A stretch of DNA of 20,000 bases, taken from the sequence record SRR20825006_2064; one strand, 5' to 3'. Below are positions 17,312 to 20,000 of this stretch, one piece after another. The notes beneath the pieces are model-generated. The model worked only from the letters and a program-made list of their open reading frames with translations, was not told where the DNA came from and searched no databases. Position 1 is the first letter of the stretch; every line of letters begins with the position of its first letter. Made by a program: the position numbers and the translations under genes.

Positions 17312-18442
17312 TTATCGCTGTGCGGCGAGGGGTTGCCCCGGCAACAGCGTTACACGTTGGTCGGGTGCCAAGCGCTCCACGCCGTCAGTAATAATGCGGT
17401 CACCGTTCGAGATCGTGCCGGTCACAAACACCCGGTTGGTGTCTGTGTATAGCACCTGCACGTTTTCAAAACGTACGTGAGGGCCTTCCCCGCCATCGAT
17501 TACCTTGTAAACACGCCACAGGCCGCGAACATCGGAGGAAAGTGCCCGGATAGGCAGCCATGCGCCGGTGCTGTTCTGCCAGTCACTGACAACAGCGGTG
17601 ACAAGCTCGCCTCGTGACGCTGCGTTCGCTGGCAGGTTGAAGGTAACCATCATTGTGCGGGTTTGGCCCTCAATCGAGGGGACAATCGCCCGGACGGTGG
17701 CACCTTCAATCATTTGACGCCTGCCGCCGCGTAGTTCCACCGGTGCGCCGCCGGCCATGGCAGCCGCATACTCAGGGGGCATACCGATATGAGCTTCCAT
17801 ATGGCTGTCTTCCGATAGCTCGAGGAGTGTTTTCCCGGCACTGACTACAACACCTTCATCCAGCATCCGTGAGGTGATCACGCCTGAAAACGGCGCTTTG
17901 ATGGATGCTTTATCGATATCAACATCAAGGGCGGCCACAGTGGCTTCAAGCCGTTTGAACCGTGCGCGAAGGCTGATGGCGTTGGCTTCTGCCTCGTCAA
18001 GGCGCTGGGCCGAAGCATGGCCTTGTTTGAATGTCTCTTGCGCACGCTTGAACGTACGTTCCGCGAGGTCAAGCGAGGCCGCTACCTCGTCTTTCTCAGC
18101 CAGAAGCTGCGCGCGCTGCGCCTGTAGCCGTGCGGTATCCAGTTCAGCAAGAACGTCACCCGTTTTGACCGTGCTGCCGAGGTCAACATTGATCTTTGCA
18201 ACGGTGCCGCCCAGCTCAAAAGCCATGGCGCTGACACGACCAGGGACCGCGCGGCCGGTAAAGGTACGCCGTGCGCGGTAGCCCTCCTCAATGGTAACTT
18301 CCACCGTGCGTACTGGCAGGGCACGGCTCAAGCCGCTATCTGCGGTGTTTTGAGCGGGCGAGCGCACCGCAACCATGGTGGCAATCACCCCGGCGACGGC
18401 CAGAAAACCGATCAGTTTATATGCTTGTGTCCTTTGAATCAT
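17312..18442 (-). CDS. RND efflux periplasmic adaptor subunit
   Basis: N-terminal TM, AFELGGTV, GDVLAELDT, coiled coil, IKAPFSGVI, GDRIITDG. Lies directly upstream of the RND permease. Confidence 0.93.
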   Translation of the reverse strand: MIQRTQAYKLIGFLAVAGVIATMVAVRSPAQNTADSGLSRALPVRTVEVTIEEGYRARRTFTGRAVPGRVSAMAFELGGTVAKINVDLGSTVKTGDVLAELDTARLQAQRAQLLAEKDEVAASLDLAERTFKRAQETFKQGHASAQRLDEAEANAISLRARFKRLEATVAALDVDIDKASIKAPFSGVITSRMLDEGVVVSAGKTLLELSEDSHMEAHIGMPPEYAAAMAGGAPVELRGGRRQMIEGATVRAIVPSIEGQTRTMMVTFNLPANAASRGELVTAVVSDWQNSTGAWLPIRALSSDVRGLWRVYKVIDGGEGPHVRFENVQVLYTDTNRVFVTGTISNGDRIITDGVERLAPDQRVTLLPGQPLAAQR

Positions 18443-18508
18443 CGTGTCGTCCTGCTGTTGTGGCTCGAGCCTGGCCTTTGGCCTTTTTGTTCCAGCACGC
18501 TTATATAA

Positions 18509-18529
18509 TAAACTGGACCGTCCAGTCCA
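18509..18529. promoter_or_regulatory. Putative TetR operator near the adaptor promoter
   Basis: TAAACTGGACCGTCCAGTCCA contains the palindrome ACTGGAC-C-GTCCAGT and also TGGAC-N6-GTCCA. Confidence 0.7.
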
Positions 18530-18613
18530 TAAAATAATTTATAAGATTCCGTAGGGTAATTTCGACAATTTACACTTGATGTATTGCATATAGTGTGGTG
18601 GCATTGGTATTTG

Positions 18614-18629
18614 TAGACCCAGTAGTCTA
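18614..18629. promoter_or_regulatory. Putative second TetR operator near the tetR promoter
   Basis: TAGAC-CCAGTA-GTCTA has the same TRGAC-N6-GTCYA geometry as the first site. Confidence 0.6.
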
Positions 18630-18727
18630 AAAAATAACTGTGGCGGAGCTTCAGGTTTGCAACCTGACCCATTAAAGGGTATGGAGTGCGCCACCAATAG
18701 CAACAAATGCTCTGAAGAGGCTTGCCA

Positions 18728-19402
18728 GTGTCAGAAACGGTCCCCATCCGGCAAATCACGGTTCCATCCCCTCAAGGCGATGATGACCGCCCGTCACGTG
18801 GGCGTCCGCGCGATATTGAAAAGAACAACGCGATCGTGGAAGCCGCGAGCCTGCTGTTTCTTGAGCAGGGCTTTGACGGCACGAGCATGGATGAAGTTGC
18901 GAAGCGGGCAGGTGTTTCCAAGCAAACCGTCTACAGTCATTTCGCAGGGAAAGAGCAGTTATTTTCCCACGTGATTAAAGTGACGATCGAGGAATATTAT
19001 CCTGATGCAGCGCTCGCGACGGTGGAGCATCACACGCTGGAAACCGACCTTCTGGCTGTTGCTGAGACCTATGTGCGGCTGTTGATGAGTGATAAGGCCA
19101 TTGGCATGCACCGTGTGCTTGTGGCGGCCGCGCCCAAGGGGCCAGAATTTGCGCAGATGTTCTGGCAGGCGGGCCCCGAGGAGATGACCATTAAGCTGTG
19201 TGAGTTTTTGCAAAGCTGGGTTGATAAGGGCGAGCTTGCGATCACAGACCTTGAAAAAGCTGGCGGACGTTTCATCACGCTTCTTAAGGGCAAGCTGCAC
19301 TTTTCGCTTGAGATTGGCCTGATCAGTAGCGTTTCTGAGCAGGAATTGAAAGACCAGGCCCGCGACGCGGTTGACTGTTTCCTTAAGATTTACCGCGCGT
19401 AG
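18728..19402 (+). CDS. TetR/AcrR family transcriptional regulator
   Basis: RGRPRD..K..AIVEAASLLFLEQGFDGTSMDEVAKRAGVSKQTVYSHFAGKEQLF. GTG at 18728 fits the GAGG RBS spacing (ORF track start is 18722). Divergent from the RND operon. Confidence 0.95.
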   Translation: MSETVPIRQITVPSPQGDDDRPSRGRPRDIEKNNAIVEAASLLFLEQGFDGTSMDEVAKRAGVSKQTVYSHFAGKEQLFSHVIKVTIEEYYPDAALATVEHHTLETDLLAVAETYVRLLMSDKAIGMHRVLVAAAPKGPEFAQMFWQAGPEEMTIKLCEFLQSWVDKGELAITDLEKAGGRFITLLKGKLHFSLEIGLISSVSEQELKDQARDAVDCFLKIYRA

Positions 19403-19425
19403 TATCGCATCCTACGGGCAACAAC

Positions 19426-19455
19426 AAAAAAAGCCGCCTGAGTTGGGCGGCTTTT
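19426..19455. terminator. Bidirectional terminator between tetR and the lipoprotein gene
   Basis: AAAAAAAGCCGCC-tgagttg-GGCGGCTTTT. Confidence 0.88.
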
Positions 19456-19482
19456 GCATTTCTGGTTGGCAGAAGGTCAGGC

Positions 19483-19704
19483 TTAGTCAGAGCCGTCCGT
19501 CGATTCCATATTATCGCCCTTGAGCGCTTCGTTCATATAACGCGCGTTGCTTTTGTCACCTTCAAGGGTGTTGGGCAGGTTTTTGACCTGTGTTTCTGTG
19601 GCGGGGCCCAAAGTCTTGTCAAATATGATCTCGTCGCCTTTGCCTTCGAAAATGCCGCATGCGGAGAGCGACACCAGCGCCGCGATCAGGAGTATCTTTT
19701 TCAT
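19483..19704 (-). CDS. Small hypothetical lipoprotein (73 aa)
   Basis: MKKILLIAALVSLSAC carries an LSAC lipobox. GAGG RBS upstream and a terminator downstream. Confidence 0.82.
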   Translation of the reverse strand: MKKILLIAALVSLSACGIFEGKGDEIIFDKTLGPATETQVKNLPNTLEGDKSNARYMNEALKGDNMESTDGSD

Positions 19705-19790
19705 TTTTCTATCCTCGGCCTTCAGGCCAATAGTGGGTACTAACTCATTGCGCGGGACTTTGCCCTAAAATCTGGCGCACTTCAACAGGC

Positions 19791-19820
19791 TTGACGCATC
19801 TTGCGCGCTATGCTCTTAGG
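19791..19820 (+). promoter_or_regulatory. Putative rnpB promoter
   Basis: TTGACG lies about 35 nt upstream of the predicted RNA 5' end. The -10 element is ambiguous (GCTATGCT or TCTTAG). Confidence 0.4.
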
Positions 19821-19826
19821 AGGGCG

Positions 19827-20000
19827 GCAGATGGCTGGATGGCCGCCGCCTTGGGCTTCAGGCGCGAGGGGGAGGAAAGTCCGGGCTCCACGAAAACACG
19901 GTGCCGGTTAATGGCCGGCGAGGGCGACCTCAGGGAAAGTGCCACAGAAAGCAAACCGCCATATACGTATGGTAAGGATGAAAGGGTGCGGTAAGAGCGC
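19827..20000 (+). ncRNA. rnpB: RNase P RNA, bacterial class A, 5' part (truncated by the window edge)
   Basis: Universal motifs GAGGAAAGTCCGGGCTCC, AGGGAAAGTGCCACAGAAA, GCAAACCGCC, GGTAAGG.TGAAAGGGTGCGGTAAGAGCGC. The 5' end is approximate. Confidence 0.98.

Noticed and set aside
18439-18759. 106-aa minus-strand ORF spanning the adaptor-tetR intergenic region
   Set aside because: It has atypical Cys/Tyr-rich composition, runs through AT-rich promoter and operator DNA, overlaps the tetR start, and has no recognisable family.
19791-19994. 67-aa plus-strand ORF in the ORF track
   Set aside because: It overlaps the RNase P RNA gene and is a spurious translation.

Overview
A gene-dense core/accessory chromosomal window from an alphaproteobacterium (taxonomy inferred from gene content and the rnpB 5' end; Kordiimonadales-like is only a guess). 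From left to right: a partial membrane dipeptidase (M19, minus strand, missing from the ORF track); a blaI-type repressor plus BlaR1/M56 protease operon with two TACA-N2-TGTA operators; a divergent membrane-bound GGDEF protein; a MacAB-type ABC exporter operon; a PA3286-like FabH; a djlA-like / EamA / amidase / secreted helical-repeat protein operon; an RND pump and adaptor with a divergent TetR; a small lipoprotein; and the 5' part of RNase P RNA. No mobile element, CRISPR array, tRNA or rRNA was seen. The most notable element is the M56 sensor. It has no penicillin-binding domain. Its extracytoplasmic part instead carries a beta-rich segment and nine tandem ~34-aa 'SDYE' helical repeats, and its promoter region is shared with a GGDEF protein that looks partly degenerate.
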